From: Bacteroidales bacterium
GTDB lineage: Bacteria; Bacteroidota; Bacteroidia; Bacteroidales; UBA932
Reading direction: 5' to 3'
Length of the DNA stretch: 64,000 nucleotides
Assembly: GCA_017627955.1 (NCBI GenBank)
Contig: JAGAFU010000028.1
Location: forward strand, 13,808-77,807
Part shown: piece after piece, positions 18,038 to 27,988 of the stretch
Layout of the letters: each line of letters begins with the position of its first letter
How positions within the stretch are numbered: the first letter of the stretch is position 1
Position numbers and translations under genes: made by a program
The notes under the pieces: model-generated
Database searches by the model: none
The model's input: the letters and a program-made list of their open reading frames with translations, nothing else
Told to the model about the DNA's origin: nothing

Positions 18038-18973
18038 TTATATGATATTAAAAAACTCTCTTATGTTGCGGGCCATCTCGTCGGCGAGGCGCTGGCGGGA
18101 CTCCACGCTGGACCAGGCGATGTGGGGAGTGAGGATAATCTTTTCGGGGTGTGCGGTGTGGAGCAGGGGACTGTCAAGCGGAAGCGGCTCTTTCTCATAC
18201 ACATCCAAGCCTATTCCGGCGATCCTGTCCTCGTTGATTATCCTGGCGAGGTCTTTCTCGATGGCTATTCCGCCGCGGCCGGTGTTGACCAGCCAGGCGG
18301 TGGGCTTCATCAGGAGCATCTTGTCGTAGTCGATGAGTCCTGCGGTGCGCTCATTGTACGGAGCGTGTATGCTGACAACATCCGCCTCCTTCAGGAGGGC
18401 CTCAATTGAGACGGAAGGATATTCCTTGCAATGGGAAGTTCCTGAAGTTGAGTAATATATCACTTTCATCCCGAACATTTCCGCGATCTTGGCGACCTTG
18501 GTCCCGATCGCTCCCATCCCGACGATGCCGATGGTCTTTCCGGCCAGCTCGGTGTAGGGATGGGCCGAGTCCGTGTGGATCTTTCCGGAGGCGTAGCGTC
18601 CGTCCCTGGCATATTCGTTATAATGTAGCAGCCTGCCGGAGAGGGCCAGGATGAGGGTCCAGGTGATCTGGGCTACGGAGTCCGTAGAGTAGCCGGCCAC
18701 GTTGCGGGCGGCCACGCCTCTTTGCTCGCAGAGTTTCAGGTCGATGTTGTTCATTCCGGTCCCGGCCTCGCAGATTAGCTTCAGCTTCGGGGCCGCGTCC
18801 AGGAAGGCCTGGTCCACGATGATCTTATTGAGGATCGCCACATCAGCGTCTTTTACCCTCTCCCTTGCCTCTTCGGCGGTTGAGGAATCATAGGTCGTGA
18901 GTTCTCCGAGCTTCTCGATCTCTGTAAGCGGCGTGTTTCCCATCGTCGCCGCGTCAAGGAATACTATTTTCAT
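18038..18973 (-). CDS. D-isomer-specific 2-hydroxyacid dehydrogenase (glycerate dehydrogenase-like)
   Basis: Rossmann GIVGMGAIG; NTGRGG; GLDVYEKEP; TPHIAW. Confidence 0.9.
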   Translation of the reverse strand: MKIVFLDAATMGNTPLTEIEKLGELTTYDSSTAEEARERVKDADVAILNKIIVDQAFLDAAPKLKLICEAGTGMNNIDLKLCEQRGVAARNVAGYSTDSVAQITWTLILALSGRLLHYNEYARDGRYASGKIHTDSAHPYTELAGKTIGIVGMGAIGTKVAKIAEMFGMKVIYYSTSGTSHCKEYPSVSIEALLKEADVVSIHAPYNERTAGLIDYDKMLLMKPTAWLVNTGRGGIAIEKDLARIINEDRIAGIGLDVYEKEPLPLDSPLLHTAHPEKIILTPHIAWSSVESRQRLADEMARNIREFFNII

Positions 18974-20139
18974 TATTCTTGAATATTGCTATCTTCGCTG
19001 GTGGCTTCCATGAGCCTGCGTATTGGTTTGAATCCTGTGAAGAAGCGGGCTGCGATTACCCTGATCACCGTGTAGGCGGGAATCGCGACCAGCATCCCGA
19101 GTATGCCTCCCACATGGCCTGCCATGAGGAGCACTATGAATATCTCCAGAGGGCTGGATTTGATGCTTTTCGAGTAGATGAAGGGCTGGAAGAAGAAGTT
19201 GTCCACCATCTGGGTGACGAGAAACACAGCGAGGAGCGTTACCAGCGCGATCCAGAAATTGGGGTATACTCCGAGAGCCGCGGCGCTGCTGTATTTCAAG
19301 ACAAGCCCCAGGATGGTTCCTATCGCTGTACCGATCCAGGGACCGACGTAAGGGATGATGTTCAGCAGTCCGGCCATGAAGGCGATTCCGATGGAGGGGT
19401 AGAAACCGATTCTAGCGACCAGCCACAGGCCAAGGAAGTCCAGGGTGGCTACTCCGAGTACTTCAAGGAGGAGACCTCCGAAATATCTTGTCAGCAGGCG
19501 CTCTATGTCGCCGACAGCGCTGATCGCCTCACCTTCAAGCCGGTCGGGAACCAGCGAGCCGATGATTCCGCGGAACAGCTTGTCGTCTTTTATGAAGAAG
19601 AAACCGATGAACACGACCGAGAACAGGCCTATGGCCAGGGAGCCGAGCGTAGAGGCTACCGAGCCTACCACGGAGGTTATCGAGGACACATCGAAAGCGT
19701 TTCCGATCCATGACATGATCGCCTCCTGTATCTTGAAGTCACGGCCGAGTTTCGGGAACCGGTCGATGAGCCAGACATTGAGTTTGTCGGCCCAGCGGGC
19801 GATCTCGGAGGTGTTGAAAGAAGCGGTCTGGAGGTTTGAGGACACGCTTTGGATGATGCCGGAGACGACCGGAATCACCTGAGTGATGATCCCGAGCAGG
19901 ATTACGAGAATAAGGACCAGCGTGATAATGGCCAGGAGCCAGTCAGGCGCGCTTCTGCCCTTTATCTTGATCTTCCTGAACAGCTTCATTATCGGCCTTC
20001 CAAGCAGGGACACGACCGCTGCCAGGATTATGTAGATGATGACATTCCTGAAATACCAGCAAAGCGCCACGATTACCGCCGACACTGCCAGCCACATGGT
20101 GTACCTGGCGAGTTTGTCTGAACTTCTTTCTTCGCTCAT
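18973..20139 (-). CDS. AI-2E (UPF0118/PerM) family transporter
   Basis: Multi-pass hydrophobic profile; IIPYVGPWIG, DNFFFQPFIY and GMLVAIP motifs. Confidence 0.85.
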   Translation of the reverse strand: MSEERSSDKLARYTMWLAVSAVIVALCWYFRNVIIYIILAAVVSLLGRPIMKLFRKIKIKGRSAPDWLLAIITLVLILVILLGIITQVIPVVSGIIQSVSSNLQTASFNTSEIARWADKLNVWLIDRFPKLGRDFKIQEAIMSWIGNAFDVSSITSVVGSVASTLGSLAIGLFSVVFIGFFFIKDDKLFRGIIGSLVPDRLEGEAISAVGDIERLLTRYFGGLLLEVLGVATLDFLGLWLVARIGFYPSIGIAFMAGLLNIIPYVGPWIGTAIGTILGLVLKYSSAAALGVYPNFWIALVTLLAVFLVTQMVDNFFFQPFIYSKSIKSSPLEIFIVLLMAGHVGGILGMLVAIPAYTVIRVIAARFFTGFKPIRRLMEATSEDSNIQE

Positions 20140-20204
20140 ATCAAGTCATTTCCCTAAACTTACGAAATAGTTTCGAGAAAATGTGATGTTTATCGAAAAT
20201 ATTT

Positions 20205-20246
20205 TTTGCTTGTGCCTTAAATCGGCACAAGTGCGCCGTATCTTCG
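20205..20246 (+). promoter_or_regulatory. Promoter with an internal palindromic operator candidate, upstream of a small ORF
   Basis: TTTG (20205-20208), perfect inverted repeat CTTGTGCC-N7-GGCACAAG (20209-20231), then -7-like TATCTTCG (20239-20246). Confidence 0.5.
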
Positions 20247-20295
20247 CGTTAGAAACAAAGAACAAGAAACAGTTAAACTAATAGGAGATACAGCC

Positions 20296-20424
20296 ATGAA
20301 GAACACTGAGTACAATCTTGATAACCTTGCCTCGATGATTTCATCTGAATCCTCTCTCGTCGCCCTCCTCGAGATGATGGGCGACATGGGCCTCGAACTC
20401 GACTCCGCTTCCCTCCAGGCCTAA
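20296..20424 (+). CDS. Small acidic 42-aa protein of unknown function (below the ORF-track cutoff)
   Basis: MKNTEYNLDNLASMISSESSLVALLEMMGDMGLELDSASLQA. AGGAG lies 8 nt upstream of ATG, with an A-rich leader and host-like codons (CTC, TCC, GAC, GCC). Confidence 0.6.
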   Translation: MKNTEYNLDNLASMISSESSLVALLEMMGDMGLELDSASLQA

Positions 20425-20446
20425 TTCCACCTGTCATTTAGGCGGA

Positions 20447-22801
20447 TTAGTCTTCTTTCAGCGAGACTAGGGTGTTGTCCTTCTCGGGAGTAAGTCCGAC
20501 TTTGAGGGTGCGGAGCTCGGTTGAGCCTTTCTTGCGCTTGCCCTGAAGGATGCGGTCGGAGATAATGAACTCGGACACAGGATCTTCCACATAACGCATA
20601 ACGGCCCTCTTCAGCGGTCTCGCACCGAATGCCGGATCGTAGCCGGCCTCGGCGATGAACTTCTTGGCGGAAGGGGTGATGGTCAGCTTGTAGCCGGACT
20701 CCTCGGCCCTCTCCCGAAGCTCACGGAGCTCAATATCTATGATCTTCTCTATATCCTCCTTGGTCAGGGAGTTGAAGAATATCTGCTCGTCCACCCTGTT
20801 GATGAACTCGGGCGGGAAGTTCTTCTTGATCGCTTTCTCCAGGACGCTCTGGCGGTTCTGGGCGACATTCTTCCCGGCGGTCGCGAAACCGACACCGGAG
20901 CCATATTCATCGAGCTCCCGGCTTCCGACGTTGGAAGTCATGATCACGATCGTATTCTTGAAATTGACAACCCTGCCATTGCTGTCGGTAAGGTGCCCGT
21001 CATCAAGAACCTGCAGGAGAATGTTGAATATGTCCGGATGAGCCTTCTCGATCTCGTCCAGGAGCACGACGCAATAGGGCTTGCGGCGCACCCTCTCGCT
21101 GAGCTGTCCGCCCTCCTCGTAGCCCACGTATCCGGGAGGCGCTCCGATGAGGCGTGAGACCGTGAATTTCTCCATGTATTCACTCATGTCGATCCTGACC
21201 ATATTCTCTTCTGAATCAAAGAGATATTCAGCCAGACACTTGGCCAGCTGAGTCTTTCCGACACCAGTCGGGCCGAAGAAGAGGAAGGTGCCGATCGGGC
21301 GGTCCGGATCCTTGAGGCCGGCCCGGTTACGCCTAATGGCCCTGACAACCTTGTCGATAGCCTCGTCCTGGCCGATGATCCTGCCCTGAAGCCGCTCTTT
21401 CATCTTCATGATCCTGTTGCCCTCACTCTCGGCCACCTTGTTGACCGGGATTCCGGTCATCTTGGACACCACGGTCGCTATGTCCTCGGCATCCACGACA
21501 TTGCCCGTCTTCTTGTCCTTGGTGAGGCTGAGGCGGACCATCGATCCAGCCTCGTCCATGGCGTCTATCGCCTTGTCCGGAAGGAACTTGTCTGTCACGT
21601 AGCGGTCGGTCAGGCGGGCGCAGGCCTCAAGGGCCTCGTCGCTGTAGGTGACACTGTGGAACTCCTCGTAGTTAGCCTTTATGTTATTTAGGATGGAGAT
21701 ACTTTGCTTAATATCAGTTGGTTCCACGACGATCTTCTGGAACCTGCGGTCCAGCGCTCCGTCTTTTTCCACGATCTTGGCGAACTCGTCCATGGTGGTC
21801 GCTCCGATGCACTGCAGCTCGCCTCGGGCCAGCGCGGGTTTAAGCATATTCGCCGCGTCCAGGCTGCCCTGGGCCCCACCGGCGCCCACGATAGTGTGGA
21901 ACTCGTCGATGAACAGGATTATATCCGGATTGGTGCTGGCCTCCTTGATGATCGCTTTCAGCCTCTTCTCGAAGTCGCCACGGTATTTCGTGCCGGCGAC
22001 GACGGAGGCTATATCCAAGGAAATCAAACGTTTCTTGGCCAGGACAGGTGAGATGCTGCCGCCGGCTATCCTCTGGGCGATGCCCTCGACGATGGCGGAT
22101 TTGCCCACGCCCGGCTCTCCGATCAGCATCGGGTTGTTTTTCTTGCGCCGTCCGAGAATCTCGATGACTCTCGCTATCTCCACATCCCTTCCCACGACCG
22201 GGTCGAGTTTTCCTTCGGCAGCCGCCTTTGTGAGGTCGAAGCCGAAGTCCTCTAGATTGACCTTGCCGGAAGGGTTATTGCCTTGGGCGCCCTCTTCTCC
22301 GTCGGCATCCTCATCGCCGCCGGGTGCCTCACCCTGCTGGGGTTTGCTTCCGGCATGCCCGAGGAGTCCCTCGTCTCTCATGTGCGCGAGGAGCCTCCCG
22401 TAGTCCACCCCATGCTGGCGGAGATAAGCCTGGCCGTAGTTCTCTGTAGTGCGGCAGAGAGCCAGCAACAAATGGAGCGAGGAAGCCTCCTGCGAGTTCA
22501 TCTTGGATGCCTCCATCACTGTGATACTCAGGACATTCTGCGCATAGCGCGAGAATGAGATCTTGTCCGCTTCTGAATATGGGATCGACTCGTTGGTGAA
22601 TATGTGGCTGTCGATGAAACGCTTGAAAGCGTCTGTGTCGACCCCGAGGGCCATGAGTACCTTGCAAGCGTCATTGTCTCCCTGCCTCATCATTCCGAGG
22701 AAGAGATGGTCCGGCCCTATTCCGTAACTGCCGGTGCGCATCGCCTCCTCCCGGGCGTAGCGGATAATGTTGTTGAGTTCGTCTGATATCTTGATTTCCA
22801 T
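20447..22801 (-). CDS. clpC: ATP-dependent Clp protease ATP-binding subunit; ClpC position but no middle coiled-coil domain
   Basis: Clp N-domain; Walker A motifs GEPGVGKS and GPTGVGKT; VGF ClpP-binding loop; divergent from gyrA. ATG at 22801 preferred. Confidence 0.85.
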   Translation of the reverse strand: MEIKISDELNNIIRYAREEAMRTGSYGIGPDHLFLGMMRQGDNDACKVLMALGVDTDAFKRFIDSHIFTNESIPYSEADKISFSRYAQNVLSITVMEASKMNSQEASSLHLLLALCRTTENYGQAYLRQHGVDYGRLLAHMRDEGLLGHAGSKPQQGEAPGGDEDADGEEGAQGNNPSGKVNLEDFGFDLTKAAAEGKLDPVVGRDVEIARVIEILGRRKKNNPMLIGEPGVGKSAIVEGIAQRIAGGSISPVLAKKRLISLDIASVVAGTKYRGDFEKRLKAIIKEASTNPDIILFIDEFHTIVGAGGAQGSLDAANMLKPALARGELQCIGATTMDEFAKIVEKDGALDRRFQKIVVEPTDIKQSISILNNIKANYEEFHSVTYSDEALEACARLTDRYVTDKFLPDKAIDAMDEAGSMVRLSLTKDKKTGNVVDAEDIATVVSKMTGIPVNKVAESEGNRIMKMKERLQGRIIGQDEAIDKVVRAIRRNRAGLKDPDRPIGTFLFFGPTGVGKTQLAKCLAEYLFDSEENMVRIDMSEYMEKFTVSRLIGAPPGYVGYEEGGQLSERVRRKPYCVVLLDEIEKAHPDIFNILLQVLDDGHLTDSNGRVVNFKNTIVIMTSNVGSRELDEYGSGVGFATAGKNVAQNRQSVLEKAIKKNFPPEFINRVDEQIFFNSLTKEDIEKIIDIELRELRERAEESGYKLTITPSAKKFIAEAGYDPAFGARPLKRAVMRYVEDPVSEFIISDRILQGKRKKGSTELRTLKVGLTPEKDNTLVSLKED

Positions 22802-22960
22802 GTCTCGTGTTGTTGGGTTGAAATACAATTATAGCAAATAACGGCCGTTTTTGCAACATCCATGCAAGAGATATGGTCCTGCCACTTTGTCACTATTGCC
22901 GATATCGTAATTTTTGATTATATTTGCATGTTTAAGTAAAAGGTAATCACAAAGAGTTTT

Positions 22961-25501
22961 ATGGATAGTGAGGAAAAGATAGTAGAAGGACAGACAGGCG
23001 TTATCGAACCGGTTGAGATTGACCAGGAAATGCGCTCCGCGTACATCGACTATTCGATGTCCGTGATCGTTTCCAGGGCCCTTCCTGATGTGAGGGATGG
23101 TCTCAAGCCGGTTCAGAGAAGAGTTCTTTATGGAATGGACGGTCTTGGACTGCCATTCTCGGGACCGACCCGCAAATGCGCGAAGATTGTTGGTGAGGTA
23201 CTGGGAAAGTATCACCCGCATGGAGACTTTAGCGTCTATGATGCCCTCGCGCGTCTTGCGCAGCCTTGGAATCAGAGGTATCCCACCGTATTCGGCCAGG
23301 GTAACTTCGGCTCCATGGACGGCGACCCTGTCGCGGCCATGAGGTACACCGAGGCCAAATTGCAGAAGATCACAGAGGAGATTCTCGGCGATATAGAGAA
23401 AGACACAGTCGACATGGTGAACAACTTTGACGACACTGAGAAGGAGCCCACCGTGCTCCCGACCCGTCTGCCTCTTCTTCTGCTGAATGGCTCTGCCGGT
23501 ATCGCCGTCGGTATGGCGACTAACATGGCGCCCCATAATCTTGGGGAGTGCTGTGACGCCATCTGCGCGTATATTGACAACCCTGACATCGACACCGAAG
23601 GCTTGATGCGGTACATCAAGGGCCCTGACTTCCCGACGGGAGGTATAATCATGGGTATGAGCGGCATCAAGGAGGCCTATCAGACTGGCCGCGGAAGGGT
23701 TGTGGTCAGGTCGAAGACTGAGATCGAGGTGGCCGACAACGGCCGCGAGACCATCGTAGTGACAGAAATCCCCTACATGGTCAACAAGAAGGAGATGATT
23801 GAGAAGATCGGCCAGATGGTCGAGGACAAGAAGATCGAAGGCATCACCTACATCAACGACGAGACTTCCAGGGAGGGTGTCCGAGTGATCCTGAGGGTCA
23901 AGCAAGGGTACAACTCCAACGTTGTCCTGAACACCCTGTTCAAGTACACGCAGCTCCAGTCCAGCTTCGCTTTCAATAATGTCGCTCTTGTTAATGGACG
24001 TCCCAAGACGTTGTCACTCAAGGAATTGATTTCCAACTTCGTGGATTTCCGCCATGAGGTTATCGTCCGCAGGACCAAGTTCGAGCTCGACAAGGCCCAG
24101 AAGAGGGCTCATATCCTCGAGGGACTCCTTAAAGCTATTGATGTCATCGATGAGATCATCCACATCATCAGGCATTCCAACAGTGTTGATGACGCCAAGG
24201 CCGAGCTTATCAGCCGTTTCGATTTCACTGAGATCCAAGCGACCGCGATTGTCGAGATGAGGCTTCGCCAGCTGACCGGACTCGAGCGTGAGAAGCTTCA
24301 GGCCGAGTACGATGAGCTGGAGAAATTCATCGCCCGTTGCAATGAGATCCTTGGCAGCGTGGAGGAACAGCTGAAGATTGTCAAGGCCGAGACCCTTGAG
24401 ATCAAGAACAAGTATGCCGATCCCAGACGTACTGAGATCCGTCCTTCCGAGGAGGAGTTCAATCCCGAGGATTTCTATGCCGATGAGGATGTAGTCATCA
24501 CGATCTCCCATCTGGGCTACATCAAGCGCACTCCTTTGACCGAGTACCGGACCCAGGCCAGGGGCGGAGTCGGCATGAAGGGCAGCTCCACTCGTGACGA
24601 GGACTTCATCGAGCACATTTATATCGCCAATATGCACTCGACTATGCTGCTCTTTACCCAGAGCGGAAGGTGCTATTGGTTAAAGGTTTACGAGATTCCT
24701 GAAGGCTCCAGGGCCTCAAAGGGCCGCGCCATCCAGAATGTGCTCAGCATTCCGGATGACAAGATAAAGGCCTATATCAACGTCAAGACTCTCAAGGACG
24801 CTGATTACGTCAACTCCCACTCCATCGCTCTCGTGACGAAGAGGGGTATCATAAAGAAGACGGCGTTGTCCGCATATTCCCATCCCAGGACCGCTGGAGT
24901 CAATGCTGTGAATCTCCGTGAGGGGGATGTCCTTGTCGAGGCTCTGTTGACCGGTGGTGAGGACGAGATCCTGATTGCCGCCCGTGAAGGCCGTTGCTGC
25001 CGTTTCAACGAGAAGGATGCCCGCGAGATGGGCAGGACCTCTACCGGAGTACGTGGCATCAATATTGAAGAGTCTGATGAAGTGATAGGCGCCATCAACT
25101 ACGATCCTGCCTCTGAGGATGCTTCTGACCACACTGTTTTGGTCGTGAGTGAGAACGGATTCGGAAAGAGGACAGACTTCGAGGAGTACAGGATCACCAA
25201 GAGGGGAGGCAAGGGTGTTAAGACCATTAACATCACTGAGAAGACCGGAAAGTTGATCGCCATCAAGAATGTGACCGAGAACGATGACCTTATGATCATT
25301 GAGAAGTCCGGTCTGACGATCAGGATGGCAGTTTCTGACATCCGTGTTGCCGGAAGGGCAACCCAGGGAGTGAAACTCATCAACATCAAGGATGGTGATT
25401 CGATCGCGTCTCTCTCCACAGTTGCCAAGAACGAGGATGAAACTGCTCCTGAGAATGAGGAGAGCACGGATACTATAGAGAAAGAAGATATCAACAACTA
25501 A
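22961..25501 (+). CDS. gyrA: DNA gyrase subunit A
   Basis: DGLKPVQRR, KYHPHGD, AAMRYTE (catalytic Tyr) and GyrA-box QARGGVG. Confidence 0.97.
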   Translation: MDSEEKIVEGQTGVIEPVEIDQEMRSAYIDYSMSVIVSRALPDVRDGLKPVQRRVLYGMDGLGLPFSGPTRKCAKIVGEVLGKYHPHGDFSVYDALARLAQPWNQRYPTVFGQGNFGSMDGDPVAAMRYTEAKLQKITEEILGDIEKDTVDMVNNFDDTEKEPTVLPTRLPLLLLNGSAGIAVGMATNMAPHNLGECCDAICAYIDNPDIDTEGLMRYIKGPDFPTGGIIMGMSGIKEAYQTGRGRVVVRSKTEIEVADNGRETIVVTEIPYMVNKKEMIEKIGQMVEDKKIEGITYINDETSREGVRVILRVKQGYNSNVVLNTLFKYTQLQSSFAFNNVALVNGRPKTLSLKELISNFVDFRHEVIVRRTKFELDKAQKRAHILEGLLKAIDVIDEIIHIIRHSNSVDDAKAELISRFDFTEIQATAIVEMRLRQLTGLEREKLQAEYDELEKFIARCNEILGSVEEQLKIVKAETLEIKNKYADPRRTEIRPSEEEFNPEDFYADEDVVITISHLGYIKRTPLTEYRTQARGGVGMKGSSTRDEDFIEHIYIANMHSTMLLFTQSGRCYWLKVYEIPEGSRASKGRAIQNVLSIPDDKIKAYINVKTLKDADYVNSHSIALVTKRGIIKKTALSAYSHPRTAGVNAVNLREGDVLVEALLTGGEDEILIAAREGRCCRFNEKDAREMGRTSTGVRGINIEESDEVIGAINYDPASEDASDHTVLVVSENGFGKRTDFEEYRITKRGGKGVKTINITEKTGKLIAIKNVTENDDLMIIEKSGLTIRMAVSDIRVAGRATQGVKLINIKDGDSIASLSTVAKNEDETAPENEESTDTIEKEDINN

Positions 25502-25512
25502 ATTCGATAATC

Positions 25513-26832
25513 ATGAAAAAGTTAATGATTGTTTTGGCATTGCTCGCTTCCGTCCAGGTCGCGAATGCCCAGGGAGGAGCCGCCGCGGCCAAGAAAGCCG
25601 TCGAGTCCGCGCTTGCCGCTTCCCAGAACGCCAAGAAAGCGACCAAGGTCGCCACTTGGATGAAACTTGGTGAGTCTTATCTTGCCGCTTACAATGCTCC
25701 CGCCGGAAACGTTTGGGTCGGTGCCAATGAGACTGAGTTGAAGCTCGCCATGGGTAACGAGAAGCCCAGCGCTGTCGAGAATGTCGTTCTTGGTGGAGCC
25801 CAGTATGTCAAGCAGGTCTTCGACAACAAGAACCTTTATTTCAACGGCAATGGCCAGCTCGAGATCGTCGAGGTGACCAAGCCCGTTGTCGAGAACGCTC
25901 TTGAGAAGGCCCTCGAGGCTTATCAGAAAGCTGCCGAGGTTGACACCAAGGGTACAAAGACCAAGGAGATAGCCGCTGCCGTTAAGGGACTTGTCGACAA
26001 GTTCAACACGGAGGCTTATAACAACTACACCCTGGGTGACAACAGCAAGGCTGTCGCTTTCTTCGAGAAGGCTTTCAACGCTTCATCCCAGAAACCCAGC
26101 GACGCTATCGACACCAGCGCTCTTTACAATGCCGGTTTCGTGACTTATGGCGCCGGCCAGTTCGCCCAAGCCAGGAAGTATTTCGAGAAGTGCCTCGGCC
26201 TCGGTTACTACGCGAAGGACGGCGAGGTCTACTCCAAGCTCGCTGATTGCGTCTCTAAACTCGACACCACCGCCACCGGCAAGGCCCTCCAGAAAGATTA
26301 TCTTGAGAAGGGATTCGCCAAGTTCCCCCAGAGCCAGAGCGTGATGATCGGCTTGATCAACTACTACATCTCCAGTGGTGAGGACACTGATAAGCTCTTT
26401 ACCCTGATTGATGCCGCCAAGGTCAATGAGCCCGATAACGCTTCTCTCTTCTATGTCGAGGGTAACGCCCGCGCCCAGCTCGGCCAGATTGACGAGGCTG
26501 TCAAGGCTTATGAGAAGTGCGTTGAGGTCAACCCTAACTATGAGTTCGGTTTCATCGGAGAGGGTATCATGTTCTACAATGAGGCCGTAAAGATCCAGGA
26601 AGAGGCTCAGAATGAGCTCGATGACAACAAGTACATGGCCCTTGTCCAGAAGTTTGAGACCTACCTTAAGAGCTGCATCGATCCTTTCGAGAAGGCTTTC
26701 AATATGACCAAGGATGAGAGCATCAAGGCTAGCCTTGCCGAGTATCTGAAGAACTCCTTCTATCGTTTCCGTGAAGAGGATCCCAAGTACCAGGCTGGCT
26801 ACGAGAAGTACGACAAGTATCTCAACCAGTAA
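25513..26832 (+). CDS. Secreted tetratricopeptide-repeat protein
   Basis: Signal peptide ending ANA-Q; repeated helical TPR-like segments (A..Y.KA.E.D/NP). Confidence 0.7.
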   Translation: MKKLMIVLALLASVQVANAQGGAAAAKKAVESALAASQNAKKATKVATWMKLGESYLAAYNAPAGNVWVGANETELKLAMGNEKPSAVENVVLGGAQYVKQVFDNKNLYFNGNGQLEIVEVTKPVVENALEKALEAYQKAAEVDTKGTKTKEIAAAVKGLVDKFNTEAYNNYTLGDNSKAVAFFEKAFNASSQKPSDAIDTSALYNAGFVTYGAGQFAQARKYFEKCLGLGYYAKDGEVYSKLADCVSKLDTTATGKALQKDYLEKGFAKFPQSQSVMIGLINYYISSGEDTDKLFTLIDAAKVNEPDNASLFYVEGNARAQLGQIDEAVKAYEKCVEVNPNYEFGFIGEGIMFYNEAVKIQEEAQNELDDNKYMALVQKFETYLKSCIDPFEKAFNMTKDESIKASLAEYLKNSFYRFREEDPKYQAGYEKYDKYLNQ

Positions 26833-26852
26833 TACTTCATTCTATAACATAT

Positions 26853-26887
26853 AAAGAGCCGGCAGATGGCCGGCTCTTTTGTTTTTT
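26853..26887. terminator. Bidirectional intrinsic terminator
   Basis: AAAGAGCCGGC-AGATG-GCCGGCTCTTT followed by a T-rich run, between convergent genes. Confidence 0.85.
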
Positions 26888-26902
26888 TGGGAGGGCTTGG
26901 TG

Positions 26903-27565
26903 TCAATTATCCGGCCGCAAATAGCCGTGGCGTGTCAAGTCATCTCTATTCGTGACAGGGAAAGTGTAACCGTCAGCAATCACAAAGAGGTCATCAGTGA
27001 CAGTGGAAATCGCGTCATAGTTGTGGTCGGTAACGATGATTCCGTGATCCTCACTTCTGTCACGGATGATCTGTTTTACCGCTTCGACATGCAGTGGGTC
27101 TATTTGTGAGAAAGGTTCATCCAAGATATAGAACGGAGCTTCACTCATCAGGATCAGGAACAATTCCGCCAATCGTGCTTCTCCGCCGGAAAGCTCCCAT
27201 ATCGCTGAATCATATAATCTCGAATACTTGGGGAACATATTGACGAATTTCCAATAATTGACGCCATAGAGCTCAAATGCGCGGTGAAGCTTGACGCTTT
27301 CTGGAAGTAGTTGTCCCTGAGGAAGATATTTAATTAATCTGCCGATGGTTCGTCTATCCACGGGTTTTTCATCGATGGAAACCATCACATTCTCAACTCG
27401 TAATCCGCCCATCAAAGCGCGGAACATGCAAGATTTTCCCGCCCCATTTCTGCCCAGCAGTCCTGTGACCCTCCCAGTTGTGGAAGTGATGTATCCTCCT
27501 GAGAGGACTGTCTTCTGTCCGAAACGGACTACGACACTATCAACTATCAATTTATGCCTATCCAT
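26903..27565 (-). CDS. ABC ATP-binding protein (LptB-like)
   Basis: Walker A GRNGAGKS, signature LSGGE, Walker B ILDEPF and H-loop VTDHN. Confidence 0.85.
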   Translation of the reverse strand: MDRHKLIVDSVVVRFGQKTVLSGGYITSTTGRVTGLLGRNGAGKSCMFRALMGGLRVENVMVSIDEKPVDRRTIGRLIKYLPQGQLLPESVKLHRAFELYGVNYWKFVNMFPKYSRLYDSAIWELSGGEARLAELFLILMSEAPFYILDEPFSQIDPLHVEAVKQIIRDRSEDHGIIVTDHNYDAISTVTDDLFVIADGYTFPVTNRDDLTRHGYLRPDN

Positions 27566-27875
27566 TGAACATTAGGGCAATGGCCATCAAAATGAAAAAC
27601 AGAATGAAATCCGTGATCAGCACAACTATCTGGAAATGCCAACGAGAGAATCCCAGATTAATATAAAAAAAGCATGTGTCCCGTGACCTGAGTTTGTGGG
27701 ATAAGTACAACACAATGGCCGTAAAGGGTATTTTCAATATAAAAACATCTACCGCAAGGGCATAGGCCTGGGTAAAAGCTATCAGCAGAGCCGCGGAAAC
27801 ATTATAGACACCGCCGATAATGGCTTGCCATCCGCCATTCAGCCACGTTAGATATATACGGTCACGAAGGTTCAT
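27558..27875 (-). CDS. Small hydrophobic membrane protein (about 3 TM), coupled to the ABC ATPase
   Basis: 105 aa, strongly hydrophobic; 8-bp overlap with the ATPase start. Confidence 0.6.
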   Translation of the reverse strand: MNLRDRIYLTWLNGGWQAIIGGVYNVSAALLIAFTQAYALAVDVFILKIPFTAIVLYLSHKLRSRDTCFFYINLGFSRWHFQIVVLITDFILFFILMAIALMFNG

Positions 27876-27951
27876 ACGTCGGAAGAGCTACGCTGTCCCA
27901 ATGAAAGGATTTCTCCTGCTTGTGCTCGTACAATAATTGCACCATGCCTAC

Positions 27952-27982
27952 AAAGAAAACGCCCTCGGAAAAATCCGAGAGC
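27952..27982 (-). terminator. Intrinsic terminator after tRNA-His
   Basis: CTCGGA-AAAA-TCCGAG stem (27964-27979) followed on the minus strand by GTTTTCTTT. Confidence 0.65.
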
Positions 27983-27988
27983 GTCACT

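Noticed and set aside
22928-22939. Mini-ORF ATG-TTT-AAG-TAA upstream of gyrA
   Set aside because: The ATG is 1 nt after the -7 element, so it probably precedes the transcription start; no evidence of translation.
22829-23905. 358-aa antisense ORF opposite gyrA
   Set aside because: Shadow ORF with no independent coding features.
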